Below, piece after piece: positions 26,507-36,084 of a stretch of 64,000 bases of DNA (its first letter is position 1; every line of letters begins with the position of its first letter). A program made the translations under genes and the position numbers. The notes beneath the pieces were generated by a model. That model had not been told where the DNA came from, made no database searches, and was given only the letters and a program-made list of their open reading frames with translations. The stretch is from Dehalococcoidales bacterium. Lineage in GTDB: Bacteria > Chloroflexota > Dehalococcoidia > Dehalococcoidales > JAUWZL01. Where the stretch lies: assembly GCA_034413595.1 (NCBI GenBank), contig DAOUMC010000026.1, forward strand, positions 1,320 to 65,319. Direction: 5' to 3'.

Positions 26507-27808
26507 ATGGAGAAAAAGAGCATTGGCGTCGGTCTGATGGGGCTGGGGGTTGTCGGTGGTCAGGTAGCTAAAATCATTCGGGATAGGGCGGATATTCTGG
26601 CCGAGCAGATTGGCTGTCCTCTCGTCCTGCGAAGGACAAAGGTGCTGGAACAGGATTTATCCCGACCCCAGGCCAGGGAGATGGAGCCAGGGCTTTTTAC
26701 CACTGATGACGACGAATTTTTTGCCACTGACGGCATAGATATTGTTGTTGAGGTTATCGGTGGAGAAGAGCCTGCCTACGAGTATCAGAAGAGGGCGCTT
26801 TCAGCCCGTAAGCATGTGGTTACGGCCAATAAAGAAGTTATTGCCAAGTACGGCACCGAGCTCATGGCTCTGGCCCAGCGGCAGAATGTCAGCCTGAGTT
26901 ACGAGGCGGCCGTCGGTGGTGGTATTCCTCTGGTGGCCCCGTTTCAGCGAGACCTGGTGGCCAATGAGATAAAGGGTATCTACGCCATAATAAACGGGAC
27001 AACTAACTACCTTCTTACCCAGATGTCGCGCCAGAGTCCTGATTTTGCCTCAGCCCTGTCTCAGGCACAGAAGCTGGGTTATGCCGAGGCCGACCCCAGG
27101 AATGATATAGAGGGAACGGATGCTGCCTACAAACTGGCCATTCTGGCCTCTCTGGCTTTCCAGAGCCGGGTCAGGCCCGATGACATCTTCCGGGAGGGAA
27201 TTACACATCTGGAGAGCCGGGATTTTAGATATGCCAGGGAGCTTGGTTTTGTCATAAAGCTATTGGCCATAGCCAAGCAGAGCGATGACTCAATTGAGGC
27301 ACGCGTCCATCCGGTTTTTATTCCTGAAGACCATTTCCTGGCCAAGGTTGGCGGGGCTTATAATGCCGTTCTGGTTGAAGGTGACCTCTGTGGCAGTGTA
27401 ACCTTTCAGGGCATGGGAGCTGGTGCCCTGCCGACTTCAAGCGCCGTTATGGCTGACGTTGTCCAGGTAGCTAGAAATATCATCTTTGGTGCTGGTTGCC
27501 GGACTTCCTGGAAGCTTAGGCGAAACAAGGCTATTAAGCCTATGTCTGAAATCTCCACCCGTTACTACATCAGGATGAACATCGCCGACCGTGCCGGCGT
27601 CTTAGCCCGCATTGCCGGGGCCTTGGGTGACCATAACATCAGCATTTCTTCTGCCATCCAGAAGGAGGCTGATGAGCTTGCCCAGACGGCTGAAATCGTC
27701 ATCATGACCCATCCGGCACAGGAGAAGGCGATGCAGCAAGCCATAAGAAAGCTTGGCCGCCTGGAGGCGGTCAAAGAAATAAACAGCTTTGTCCGCGTCG
27801 AGGTTTAA
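26507..27808 (+). CDS. hom: Homoserine dehydrogenase
   Basis: N-terminal GLMGLGVVGG Rossmann motif, ...VTANKE..., and a C-terminal ACT domain. Confidence 0.9.
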   Translation: MEKKSIGVGLMGLGVVGGQVAKIIRDRADILAEQIGCPLVLRRTKVLEQDLSRPQAREMEPGLFTTDDDEFFATDGIDIVVEVIGGEEPAYEYQKRALSARKHVVTANKEVIAKYGTELMALAQRQNVSLSYEAAVGGGIPLVAPFQRDLVANEIKGIYAIINGTTNYLLTQMSRQSPDFASALSQAQKLGYAEADPRNDIEGTDAAYKLAILASLAFQSRVRPDDIFREGITHLESRDFRYARELGFVIKLLAIAKQSDDSIEARVHPVFIPEDHFLAKVGGAYNAVLVEGDLCGSVTFQGMGAGALPTSSAVMADVVQVARNIIFGAGCRTSWKLRRNKAIKPMSEISTRYYIRMNIADRAGVLARIAGALGDHNISISSAIQKEADELAQTAEIVIMTHPAQEKAMQQAIRKLGRLEAVKEINSFVRVEV

Positions 27809-27811
27809 CAG

Positions 27812-28873
27812 GTGAATGCCCTGAAGACCGGAGTTCTGACAAGATATAAAGACTTCCTGCCAATCACCGCCAGCACTCCCATTTTCTCAATAGGGGAGGG
27901 GGACACTCCCTTGGTCAGGTCTAGGCAACTGGAGAGGGAGATTGGCTGCGGGGCTCTCTATTTCAAGCTGGAAGGATGCAACCCTACTGGCTCGTTTAAG
28001 GACCGGGGTATGGTGGTGGCCATAGCCAAGGCTCTGGAAGCCGGCAGCAAAGCGGTAATCTGTGCCTCCACGGGTAATACCAGCGCCTCGGCCGCCGCCT
28101 ATGCCTCAAGTTCGGGCCTGGAGGCCATTATCGTTATTCCCGAGGGCAAGATAGCCCCGGGCAAGCTGGCCCAGGCTATCGTCCACGGGGCCAGGATAGT
28201 GGCTGTTGATGGCAACTTTGACCAGGCACTGGACATAGTGCGTGGCCTGACCCAGAAGCACCCGGTTACTCTGGTCAATTCAATCAACCCTCACCGGATA
28301 GAGGGCCAGAAAACGGCTGCTTTTGAGATTATAGACGAGCTGGGTGGTGCCCCAGACTACCTCTTCATTCCGGTGGGTAACGCCGGTAACATCACCGCCT
28401 ACTGGAAGGGCTTCTCTGAATACTTTCGGGCCGGTAGGGCCACAAGCCGGCCTAAGATGATGGGCTTTCAGGCTGAGGGGGCTGCCCCCATCGTACGGGG
28501 TTTTCCCATTGAAAAGCCGGAGACCATTGCCACCGCTATACGCATAGGCAACCCGGCCAGCTGGCACAAGGCAGCTAGCGCCCGCGATGAGTCAGGCGGT
28601 ATTATTGATATGGTTAGCGATGATGAGATTATGGACGCCTACCGGCTCCTGGCTAAAAAAGAGGGCGTCTTCGGCGAGCCGGCCTCGGCCGCTTCCCTGG
28701 CCGGACTCATCAAGCTTTCCCGACGTGGTATGGACTTTTCGGCCAAAAGTATGGCGTGCATCATAACCGGTAGCGGACTCAAGGACGCCGATGTCGCCAT
28801 TAAGAATGCCGAGCCTTTTCTTCGGCTGCCGGCCGACCTTTCGGCTGTGGAAAAGGCTTTGGGCTGGGATTAG
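27812..28873 (+). CDS. thrC: Threonine synthase
   Basis: PLP-lysine region ...LEGCNPTGSFKDRG... and ...STGNTSASAAAYA. Confidence 0.92.
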   Translation: MNALKTGVLTRYKDFLPITASTPIFSIGEGDTPLVRSRQLEREIGCGALYFKLEGCNPTGSFKDRGMVVAIAKALEAGSKAVICASTGNTSASAAAYASSSGLEAIIVIPEGKIAPGKLAQAIVHGARIVAVDGNFDQALDIVRGLTQKHPVTLVNSINPHRIEGQKTAAFEIIDELGGAPDYLFIPVGNAGNITAYWKGFSEYFRAGRATSRPKMMGFQAEGAAPIVRGFPIEKPETIATAIRIGNPASWHKAASARDESGGIIDMVSDDEIMDAYRLLAKKEGVFGEPASAASLAGLIKLSRRGMDFSAKSMACIITGSGLKDADVAIKNAEPFLRLPADLSAVEKALGWD

Positions 28874-28893
28874 CCGATTTGAGGAGGTAAGAA

Positions 28894-29490
28894 ATGAGCA
28901 GGGTTATCAGCGACAGCATCGGAGAATTCTATCAGCACTATCCCAGAGTAGCGGCCGTGGTTACCGCCCACGCCGGGGACAGAGATAATGCCATGGCCGT
29001 TGCCTGGCACACTCCCCTCTCTTTTGAGCCACCACTCTACGGAGTGGTCATCTCACCTAAACGCTTCACCTACGGGCTTATCACTGATAGCCGGCAGTTC
29101 GGTGTCAATTTTCTACCCACTTCGCAGGCCGAACTGGTGGCGGCTACCGGTGGCAGCAAGGGGAGGGAGATGGATAAGTTTACGGAGTTTAAGATAGCCA
29201 AGATAAAACCGACAAAGACAGGAGTACCCATCCTGGAGGCGGCTTATGCTGCCTATGAGTGCCGGCTGGTTGACGACCATCTCTACGGTGACCACAGATT
29301 GCTAATCGGGGAGGTTGTCGCCGTTCATTACCTTGAGGAAGCCTTTGTGCCGGATGGCACCCTTGACCTGGAAAGTGTCAGCCCGGTGCTTTATCTGGGG
29401 AGTGAGCACTACATAGGCTTGGCCGAGTGCCGGGTCAGAACCATTGACCGTGAGCTGTGCGCTGGCTGTCTGAGATTGACTACCGATTAA
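28894..29490 (+). CDS. Flavin reductase-like (FMN-binding split-barrel) protein
   Basis: ...YPRVAAVVTA...NAMAVAWHTPLSFEPPLYGVVI... is the typical flavin reductase domain. Confidence 0.8.
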   Translation: MSRVISDSIGEFYQHYPRVAAVVTAHAGDRDNAMAVAWHTPLSFEPPLYGVVISPKRFTYGLITDSRQFGVNFLPTSQAELVAATGGSKGREMDKFTEFKIAKIKPTKTGVPILEAAYAAYECRLVDDHLYGDHRLLIGEVVAVHYLEEAFVPDGTLDLESVSPVLYLGSEHYIGLAECRVRTIDRELCAGCLRLTTD

Positions 29491-29500
29491 GGAGTTACCG

Positions 29501-30067
29501 GTGTTTGATGAGGCTAGAATCAGAACTGCGGTTGAGTCCATAATTGAGGCTATAGGCGAAGACCCCAAGCGGGAGGGCCTGGTTGATACCCCGAGACGCC
29601 TGGTCGAGATGTACGCCGAGCTTTTTGCCGGGATTAACAAAGACCCCAGGCAAGAGCTTAAGGTGGGCTACGAACTGGGACACCGGGAGATGGTCATCCT
29701 GAAGGACATCCCTTTCTATTCCCTGTGCGAACACCACTTCCTGCCCTTTTATGGCGTAGTCCACATCGGCTATATCCCGAATGAAGACGGGCGCGTGGTG
29801 GGCATCAGCAAGCTAGCCCGGGTGGTGGAGATTGTGTCCAAACGTCCTCAGATTCAGGAGAGAATGGCCACCGATATAGCCGATGCCATCTCTGACGGTC
29901 TCAAGTGCGAGGGCGTGGCCGTGGTCATAGAGGCTGAGCACCTGTGCATGGTTATGCGGGGCATCAAGAAACCGGGGGCCAGCGTTATCACCTCGGCCCT
30001 GAGGGGCAGCTTCCGCCGCCGGGCGGCCAGCCGGGCCGAGTTCCTGTCGCTGATACAGGGTAAATAG
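29501..30067 (+). CDS. folE: GTP cyclohydrolase I
   Basis: ...EDPKREGLVDTPRR..., ...FYSLCEHHFLPF... and ...HLCMVMRG are canonical FolE motifs. GTG start. Confidence 0.95.
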   Translation: MFDEARIRTAVESIIEAIGEDPKREGLVDTPRRLVEMYAELFAGINKDPRQELKVGYELGHREMVILKDIPFYSLCEHHFLPFYGVVHIGYIPNEDGRVVGISKLARVVEIVSKRPQIQERMATDIADAISDGLKCEGVAVVIEAEHLCMVMRGIKKPGASVITSALRGSFRRRAASRAEFLSLIQGK

Positions 30068-30068
30068 G

Positions 30069-30485
30069 TTACTCCCCCGTTATCTGTATCACAACCTGCC
30101 TGGAGCGAGGACGGTTGTCAAAGTCCACCAGGACTATCTGCTGCCAGGTGCCCAGAGCCAGCTTCTTGTTGCTGAAGGGGACTACCAGTGACGCCCCGAG
30201 AAGCGAGGCCCGGACATGGGAGTAGCCGTTGGCCTCACCCCAGGCGCTGTCATGGGCATAGGGAACATCTTCCGGGACAAGCCTCTGCCACATCGTCTTA
30301 AAATCAGACAAAAGGCCAGGTTCAAACTCAATGGTGATTATGCCGGCGGTGGAGCCGGTGACAAAGATGGTCGCCATGCCGCTATCCACTTTTACCTTGG
30401 CTAACTGCTGCTCTACCTGGGGCGTAATATCAATAATATCGCAGCGCCCTTTTGTGCTGAGGCTGATGGTGTTGGTTGCTATCAC
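30069..30485 (-). CDS. YjbQ/UPF0047 family (secondary thiamine-phosphate synthase) protein
   Basis: ...DITPQV..., ...FVTGSTAGI... and ...NGYSHVRASLLG are the UPF0047 signature. Confidence 0.85.
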   Translation of the reverse strand: MIATNTISLSTKGRCDIIDITPQVEQQLAKVKVDSGMATIFVTGSTAGIITIEFEPGLLSDFKTMWQRLVPEDVPYAHDSAWGEANGYSHVRASLLGASLVVPFSNKKLALGTWQQIVLVDFDNRPRSRQVVIQITGE

Positions 30486-30840
30486 GGTGCACCTCCAATC
30501 ACAGGTGGTGGTTTAGGGCCATATTTTTTCTTCGGGTTCACACCTCTTCGGTGGTCATAAGATAGTACAGATAGGCGAAGACCAGGCTTATTAGCCAGAG
30601 CGGATGCCAGCCAGTCCGTAGCCAGTCCCAAAAATCATTATACCTTTGCCCGGGATTGTCTTTTTCAGCTCTCACTGCACTTCCTCGATACCAATTTCTT
30701 AAGGAAGGAACAGGAAAAACCTTGAAGATTTTATTATAAAATCTAACTCAAAACAACCGGTTAAGCAGTGACAGTCTGCGATGCTTTATGGTCTTATTTA
30801 TTGTGGACCCTGCTTGTGATAGACTATCTGCGTTAAATCT

Positions 30841-31014
30841 ATGGAATACCAGAAAGCAGTCGCTATCTTAAAAAGTCTGTTAGACAAGAACTCACTTAAC
30901 GCCGAAGAAAAAGAGGCAGTCTTGACTGCCATCGGTGTTCTCAGTTGGGCTTCCCTGTCTAAAAGCAGACTGAAAGCACAAAAAGCCAAACGAGATAAGA
31001 GTACTGAATGGTAA
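30841..31014 (+). CDS. Possible 57-aa helical protein (hypothetical)
   Basis: ATG 30841 to TAA 31012-31014: MEYQKAVAILKSLLDKNSLNAEEKEAVLTAIGVLSWASLSKSRLKAQKAKRDKSTEW. It reads more protein-like than the tracked antisense ORF 30798..30989, but there is no clear RBS. Confidence 0.3.
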   Translation: MEYQKAVAILKSLLDKNSLNAEEKEAVLTAIGVLSWASLSKSRLKAQKAKRDKSTEW

Positions 31015-31016
31015 CG

Positions 31017-31790
31017 TCATATAAAAGGGTATACATCCTGTAGAATGTCTTTAAGCTCAAACACCGGCCCGTCCTGGCACACCTGCTTGAGACCCTGCCT
31101 GGTCTTTACCGTGCACCCATAGCAGACGCCAAGCCCACAGCCCATACTGACCTCTAGTGAGACCTGGACTGGCTTCGGTTTCAACATTTTACGGTTTTGT
31201 TCAGCTATCGTCTGGTACATTGAGTTAGGCCCGCAGGCGAAGATCTGGTCTGCCCACCCAATATAGTCGGGCAGCAGGGAGGTTATCATACCTCTTTTAC
31301 CCGTGGTTCCGTCCTCGGTAGAGGTCATGCACCTTGTGCCTGCCGGCAGCAGATGAACGGGGCACAGCTGGACGGCAGAAGATGCCCCCTGGAGCAGAAT
31401 CACCGAGCGGCCCCGGTCGAGAACTGTCTTGGCCAGAAAGGGCAAGGGAGCGATGCCAATACCACCGGCTACCAGCAGCAGGTTGTGTGCCCCCGGGTCA
31501 ACCGAGAAGCCATTGCCCAGCGGCCCCAGCAGGTCTACGCTGTCGCCGGGCTGGCCTTGAGCCAGCCAGCCTGTCCCCTTGCCGACTACGGCGAACAGTA
31601 AAGCGATTCTGCCGCCGTCTCGCTGGTGGATGCTCAGCGGACGTCGCAGCAGGGCCTCCTCTCCGCAGCGGACCATAACAAACTGCCCCGGCCTGGCCGA
31701 CCGGGCAACCTCGGGGGCCTCAAACCAGGTGAGAAAGACCCCGGGCATGACCTCTTTGGTTGAGACTACTGTTGCCAGGACCTGTTTCAA
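31017..31790 (-). CDS. pyrK: Dihydroorotate dehydrogenase (class 1B) electron-transfer subunit
   Basis: FAD/NAD-binding ferredoxin-reductase fold (...RRPLSI..., ...VAGGIGIAPL...) and a C-terminal 2Fe-2S motif CGLGVCYGC...C. Confidence 0.9.
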   Translation of the reverse strand: MKQVLATVVSTKEVMPGVFLTWFEAPEVARSARPGQFVMVRCGEEALLRRPLSIHQRDGGRIALLFAVVGKGTGWLAQGQPGDSVDLLGPLGNGFSVDPGAHNLLLVAGGIGIAPLPFLAKTVLDRGRSVILLQGASSAVQLCPVHLLPAGTRCMTSTEDGTTGKRGMITSLLPDYIGWADQIFACGPNSMYQTIAEQNRKMLKPKPVQVSLEVSMGCGLGVCYGCTVKTRQGLKQVCQDGPVFELKDILQDVYPFI

Positions 31791-31791
31791 G

Positions 31792-34700
31792 CTATTTCCT
31801 TTCCCTGTATTCAGGCAGGGGCTGGACGCTGAAGCTCTGGCTGCTGTTGGTCAGCACCTCGGCTAGAGCACGGGCGGTGTCCAGAGAGGTAAAGCACGGG
31901 ATTCGTTTCTCGGCGGCCGCCCGGCGTATCTGGAAGCCATCCCGGAAAGGGATGCGACCGCCGGTAGTGGTATTGACCACGCCGTCCACCGTGCCGTCGT
32001 TGATAATATCAACGATATTGGGGTGGCCCTCGCTCAGTTTTTTGCTCATCATTTTCACCGAGAGTCCGGTAGCTTCAATCATGGCCGATGTGCCTTCGGT
32101 GGCATAGAGACGGTAACCGGCATCGGCGAACTTTCTGATTATGGGCAGGGCTTCAGCCTTGTCCCGGTCGGCGATACTGAAAAGCATGGCCCCGTTGGCT
32201 GGCAGCATCAGCCCGGCGGCCAGGAGCGCCTTGGTCAGGGCGACACTGAAGGTGTAGTCGATGCCCATCACCTCGCCGGTGGACTTCATCTCCGGGCCGA
32301 GGTAGGTGTCAACGCCGGCCAGCTTGGACATGGAAAAGACCGGTGCCTTGATGGCTATAAGCTCCCTGCTGGGAAAAAGTCCGCTATTGTAGCCCTGCTC
32401 CTTGAGGCCGATTCCCAGCATGACCTTGGTGGCGACCTCCACCATGGGCACGCCGGTGACCTTGGAGATGAAGGGGATGGTGCGGCTGGCGCGGGGATTG
32501 ACCTCAAGCACATAGACCGTTGGCTTAGCCGAGGCCGGGTCACGGACAATGTCGAACTGGATATTCATGAGGCCTTTAACATTTAGCGCCAGCCCGATGC
32601 GGACAGAATAGTCAACAATAGTCTCTATCTCCTGTTCGTTAAGTCTCACCCCGGGGTAGACCGCCATAGAGTCTCCACTGTGCACCCCGGCCCGTTCGAT
32701 GTGCTCCATTATGCCGGGGATAAGGACACTTTCCCCGTCGCCGACGGCGTCAATCTCAACCTCTTTCCCCAGCAGATATTTGTCGATGAGCACCGGGTGG
32801 CCGGTATCCAGGTCGGTGGCCAGCTTGACGTAGCGCACCAGCTCGCTGGCATCATGGACTATCTCCATCGCCCTGCCGCCCAGCACGTAGCTGGGGCGCA
32901 CCAGCACAGGGTAGCCGATGAGGTTGGCGATGTTCAAGGCTTCGTCAACGGTGGTTACCGCCGCCCCCGGGGCCTGAGGAATACCCAGGCGGCTCAAGAA
33001 GCTCTCAAACCTGCCCCGGTCGCTGGCCAGGTCAATTGTGTCGGCGCTTGAACCCAGCAGTGGCATGCCGGTACGGGAGAGGGGCTGGGACAGGTTGATG
33101 GCCGTCTGACCGCCGAACTGGACGATAGACGGCGGTTTCCCGTTTGTGTTTTGGTTTCCGCCTTCGTTTTCCAGAATGTCCCTGAGGCTCTCTTCGTCCA
33201 GGGTTTCGAAGTAGAGGCGGTCGCTGGTGTCAAAGTCGGTGGAGACCGTCTCCGGGTTGGAGTTGACCATGATGCTCTTAAAGCCCGATTTCTGCAGCGC
33301 CCAGGCGGAGTGGACACTGCAGTAGTCAAACTCGATGCCCTGCCCGATGCGGATGGGCCCGCTGCCGATGACCACCGCCTTGTTTTCTGCCTGGGAGAGG
33401 GCCTCGTTCTCCTGCTCGTAGGTGCTGTAGAAGTAGGGGGTGGCGGCATCAAACTCAGCGGCGCAGGTGTCCACCATCTTGTACACCGGGCGTATGTTCC
33501 AGTCGTGCCTAAGTTTTCTCACCTGCTCCGGCAGCCTGTCGGCCAGAGTGCCCACCTGTTCGTCGGAGAAGCCCAGCCGCTTCGCCGGCAGAAGCAGCTC
33601 CGGCGTCAGCGGCTCCGATAGCAACTTCTTCTCCATGTCCACTATGTTCCTTAGCTTGTCCAGGAACCATAGGTCAATCTTTGTCCTTTCGGCTATCTCC
33701 CGGGTGGTTATCCCTCGCCTCAAGGCTGCCATTATGGCCCACAGTCTTAAGTCGTTGGGTTCAAGGGGATAGTCACTGATGCCTTTTCCCAGCTCCCACA
33801 TTGGGTCTTCCCAGAGGAGTGTCCTCTTGCCGAACTCAAGGGAGCGCACCGCCTTCTGGATGGCGGCTTCAAAGCACCTGTCAATAGCCATCACCTCGCC
33901 GGTGGCTTTCATCTGGGTGCCGATGATGCGGTCGCCGGTGGCGAACTTGTCAAAGGGCCAGCGGGGAATCTTGACCACCAGGTAGTCCAGCGCCGGCTCA
34001 AAAGAGGCCATAGTCTTGCCGGTTACCTGGTTGGGGATTTCGTCCAGCCTCTTGCCGATGGCTATCTTGGCCGCCACCCTGGCGATAGGATAGCCGGTGG
34101 CCTTGCTGGCTAAAGCTGAGCTCCGGCTCACCCTGGGGTTGACCTCGATGACATAGTAAGCCTCGCTCTTAGGGTCGAGGGCGAACTGGATGTTGCAGCC
34201 GCCCTCGATGCCCAGCGCCCGGATAATCTTGAGGCTGGCAGTCCTCAGCATCTGGTACTCCTTGTTGGTCAGGGTCTGGCTGGGGGCGACCACGATACTA
34301 TCGCCGGTGTGGACGCCCATGGGGTCGATGTTCTCCATATTGCACACGGTGATGCAGTTGTCCGCCCCGTCCCGCATCACCTCATACTCTATCTCTTTCC
34401 ACCCGGCCACCGACCTCTCCACCAGCACCTGGTGGATGGGGCTGGTGTGAAGCCCCAGAGCGGCTACGCCGTCTAGCTCCTCCCAGTTGTTTGCCATGCC
34501 GCCCCCCGACCCGCCCAGGGTGTAGGCCGGGCGGATAATGACCGGCAGTCCTATTTCCCTGGTCACCCTTCTGGCTTCTTCCAGGCTGGTCACGGTGGCG
34601 CTGGGGGGCACCGGCTCGCCGATACGGGTTATCAGCTCCTTGAACAGCTCCCTGTCTTCGGCGTTCCTTATTGTCTGGATGGGAGTGCCCAGCGATTTAA

Positions 34701-35031
34701 CATTGTATTTGTCCAGCACACCGGCGTCGGCCAAGTCTACAGCCAGGTTGAGGCCGGTCTGACCGCCCAGGGTGGGCAGCAGTCCGTCGGGGCGCTCGCG
34801 CTCAATGATGCGGGCGACCATATCCACGGTCAGCGGCTCAATATAGACGACATCGGCGATGCCCTCGTCGGTCATGATGGTCGCCGGGTTACTGTTCACC
34901 AGCACCGAGGTCACCCCCTCCTCCCGCATCGCCTTGCACGCCTGGGTTCCGGCGTAGTCAAACTCCGCCGCCTGCCCGATGACGATGGGCCCTGAGCCAA
35001 TGATTAAGACTTTAGAAGGCTTGTTGGTCAA
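31792..35031 (-). CDS. carB: Carbamoyl-phosphate synthase large subunit
   Basis: 1079 aa with duplicated ATP-grasp halves. N-terminus [25 protein letters not shown]. Confidence 0.97.
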   Translation of the reverse strand: MTNKPSKVLIIGSGPIVIGQAAEFDYAGTQACKAMREEGVTSVLVNSNPATIMTDEGIADVVYIEPLTVDMVARIIERERPDGLLPTLGGQTGLNLAVDLADAGVLDKYNVKSLGTPIQTIRNAEDRELFKELITRIGEPVPPSATVTSLEEARRVTREIGLPVIIRPAYTLGGSGGGMANNWEELDGVAALGLHTSPIHQVLVERSVAGWKEIEYEVMRDGADNCITVCNMENIDPMGVHTGDSIVVAPSQTLTNKEYQMLRTASLKIIRALGIEGGCNIQFALDPKSEAYYVIEVNPRVSRSSALASKATGYPIARVAAKIAIGKRLDEIPNQVTGKTMASFEPALDYLVVKIPRWPFDKFATGDRIIGTQMKATGEVMAIDRCFEAAIQKAVRSLEFGKRTLLWEDPMWELGKGISDYPLEPNDLRLWAIMAALRRGITTREIAERTKIDLWFLDKLRNIVDMEKKLLSEPLTPELLLPAKRLGFSDEQVGTLADRLPEQVRKLRHDWNIRPVYKMVDTCAAEFDAATPYFYSTYEQENEALSQAENKAVVIGSGPIRIGQGIEFDYCSVHSAWALQKSGFKSIMVNSNPETVSTDFDTSDRLYFETLDEESLRDILENEGGNQNTNGKPPSIVQFGGQTAINLSQPLSRTGMPLLGSSADTIDLASDRGRFESFLSRLGIPQAPGAAVTTVDEALNIANLIGYPVLVRPSYVLGGRAMEIVHDASELVRYVKLATDLDTGHPVLIDKYLLGKEVEIDAVGDGESVLIPGIMEHIERAGVHSGDSMAVYPGVRLNEQEIETIVDYSVRIGLALNVKGLMNIQFDIVRDPASAKPTVYVLEVNPRASRTIPFISKVTGVPMVEVATKVMLGIGLKEQGYNSGLFPSRELIAIKAPVFSMSKLAGVDTYLGPEMKSTGEVMGIDYTFSVALTKALLAAGLMLPANGAMLFSIADRDKAEALPIIRKFADAGYRLYATEGTSAMIEATGLSVKMMSKKLSEGHPNIVDIINDGTVDGVVNTTTGGRIPFRDGFQIRRAAAEKRIPCFTSLDTARALAEVLTNSSQSFSVQPLPEYRERK

Positions 35032-35046
35032 TGCGGATGCTCCTAT

Positions 35047-35451
35047 TCAAAGTTGAATTTCCCACAATTTGATCCCTATTTCGCTACAGCATTGCTTATG
35101 AGAAGGATAAAAGGAGGGGCAAACTATACCTGTACTCAACCTTTCTTTTTTGACTTTGTATCTATCAGCAAACGAAAACTTATATCTCAATATTTGTCCT
35201 ATGGCCTCATCTAATTGTTCAGGTTTGGTCTTGACTTCTATCAAGTTGTAAGTATTTTCCTGTTCTTCAATAACTATATCTACTTGCCCCGTCTTTGCTG
35301 CATCATAGACTTCTACGGATGTGTAGTAATCTTTTTCAGGAGGAATATAAACTTTTAGGAATTTCATGACAATTTTATCGTGAAGGGTCGGCGGTTTGTG
35401 CACAGCCATACTTTTATAATGACCTTTGACTTCATCATAATCCATATTCAT
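35047..35451 (-). CDS. PD-(D/E)xK nuclease-fold protein (NucS C-terminal-domain-like)
   Basis: GQVDIVIEEQENTYNLIEVKTKPEQLDEAIGQILRY matches the G-x-[IV]-D...[IV]-E-x-K...Q-x-x-x-Y pattern of NucS/DUF91-type nucleases. The codon usage is AT-rich. Confidence 0.55.
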   Translation of the reverse strand: MNMDYDEVKGHYKSMAVHKPPTLHDKIVMKFLKVYIPPEKDYYTSVEVYDAAKTGQVDIVIEEQENTYNLIEVKTKPEQLDEAIGQILRYKFSFADRYKVKKERLSTGIVCPSFYPSHKQCCSEIGIKLWEIQL

Positions 35452-35652
35452 CTATTACCTCACAGGTGAGAGGGGATTCTTATTTGAGAGCAATAAGTAA
35501 TGCGAACAGCGATATGACAAGGGCTGGACCTGAGACGATGATCGAGATGATTGCCAGTCTGTTTCCTCGCCTAACTTCTTCCCTGATTTCGTTAACCACA
35601 CGTGAAACAATTATTTGGCGTATGTCCATGCTATTTCCTCACCATTGAATTT

Positions 35653-35687
35653 ACCTCACCTCCTTAATCCCCTTCTTAAATCCTCCT
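35653..35687. repeat. Family-A repeat half-site (inverted orientation)
   Basis: ACCTCACCTCCTTAATCCCCTTCTTAAATCCTCC. The reverse complement contains GGGGATTAAGGAGGTGAGGT, matching 7424-7445. Confidence 0.6.
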
Positions 35688-35688
35688 T

Positions 35689-35792
35689 GTCATGCTGGAG
35701 GCACGAAGTGCCGAAGTATCCGGGGTGGGGTCGTCTACGCCCCCAATCCCCGCCAGATTCTTCGCCCCGACAGGTCGGGGCTCCAGAATGAC
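35689..35792. repeat. Family-B-related palindromic repeat forming the 3' flank of the GIY-YIG gene
   Basis: GTCATGCTGGAGGCACGAAGTGCCGAAGTATCC ... GATTCTTCGCCCCGACAGGTCGGGGCTCCAGAATGAC. The arms are a diverged version of GTCATTGCGAGCGAAGC.../GATTGCTTCG...GCAATGAC. There are internal CCCCGA/TCGGGG and GGGGTGGGG/CCCCAATCCCC stems. Confidence 0.7.
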
Positions 35793-35800
35793 AGTGACGT

Positions 35801-36079
35801 TCATAACCTATCGTAAAGGTCCTCCCAGAGTGGATTCTGCGAAGCTATAAGCTCATGTTTCTTTGAGCGGAGCAGACCTTTGACGGACTTTTCGCGTGAT
35901 ATAGCGCTTTCCACGCTCTCGCAAGACTCATAATAAACGAGTTTTGCAACGTTGTATTTCTTTGTAAATCCATCCACCATTCTATTTTTGTGCTCGTGTA
36001 CACGCCGTATCAGGTCGTTGGTGACTCCAGTATACAAGACATTATTGTGAACATTTGTCATAATATATACGTAATACAT
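35801..36079 (-). CDS. GIY-YIG nuclease family protein (UPF0213/YhbQ-like)
   Basis: MYYVYIMTNVHNNVLYTGVTNDLIRRVHEHK...GFTKKYNV..LVYYE......AISREKSVK is the full GIY-YIG motif set, 92 aa. Confidence 0.9.
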   Translation of the reverse strand: MYYVYIMTNVHNNVLYTGVTNDLIRRVHEHKNRMVDGFTKKYNVAKLVYYESCESVESAISREKSVKGLLRSKKHELIASQNPLWEDLYDRL

Positions 36080-36084
36080 TGTTA

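Larger units (their letters stand above)
35032..36084. mobile_element. Possible inserted two-nuclease cassette between carB and carA
   Basis: A visibly AT-rich segment carries two nuclease-family ORFs plus family A/B repeats, and it interrupts an otherwise contiguous pyr/car operon. No integrase or target-site duplication was found. Confidence 0.35.

Noticed and set aside
30798-30989. 63-aa minus-strand ORF
   Set aside because: The overlapping + strand 57-aa ORF (30841-31014) reads as a more protein-like amphipathic helix sequence. Neither is strongly supported, so only the + ORF is listed, at low confidence.
31792-35031. Numerous 60-190-aa ORFs on both strands within carB
   Set aside because: All are out-of-frame or antisense to an unambiguous 1079-aa carB. 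They are typical GC-rich shadow ORFs.
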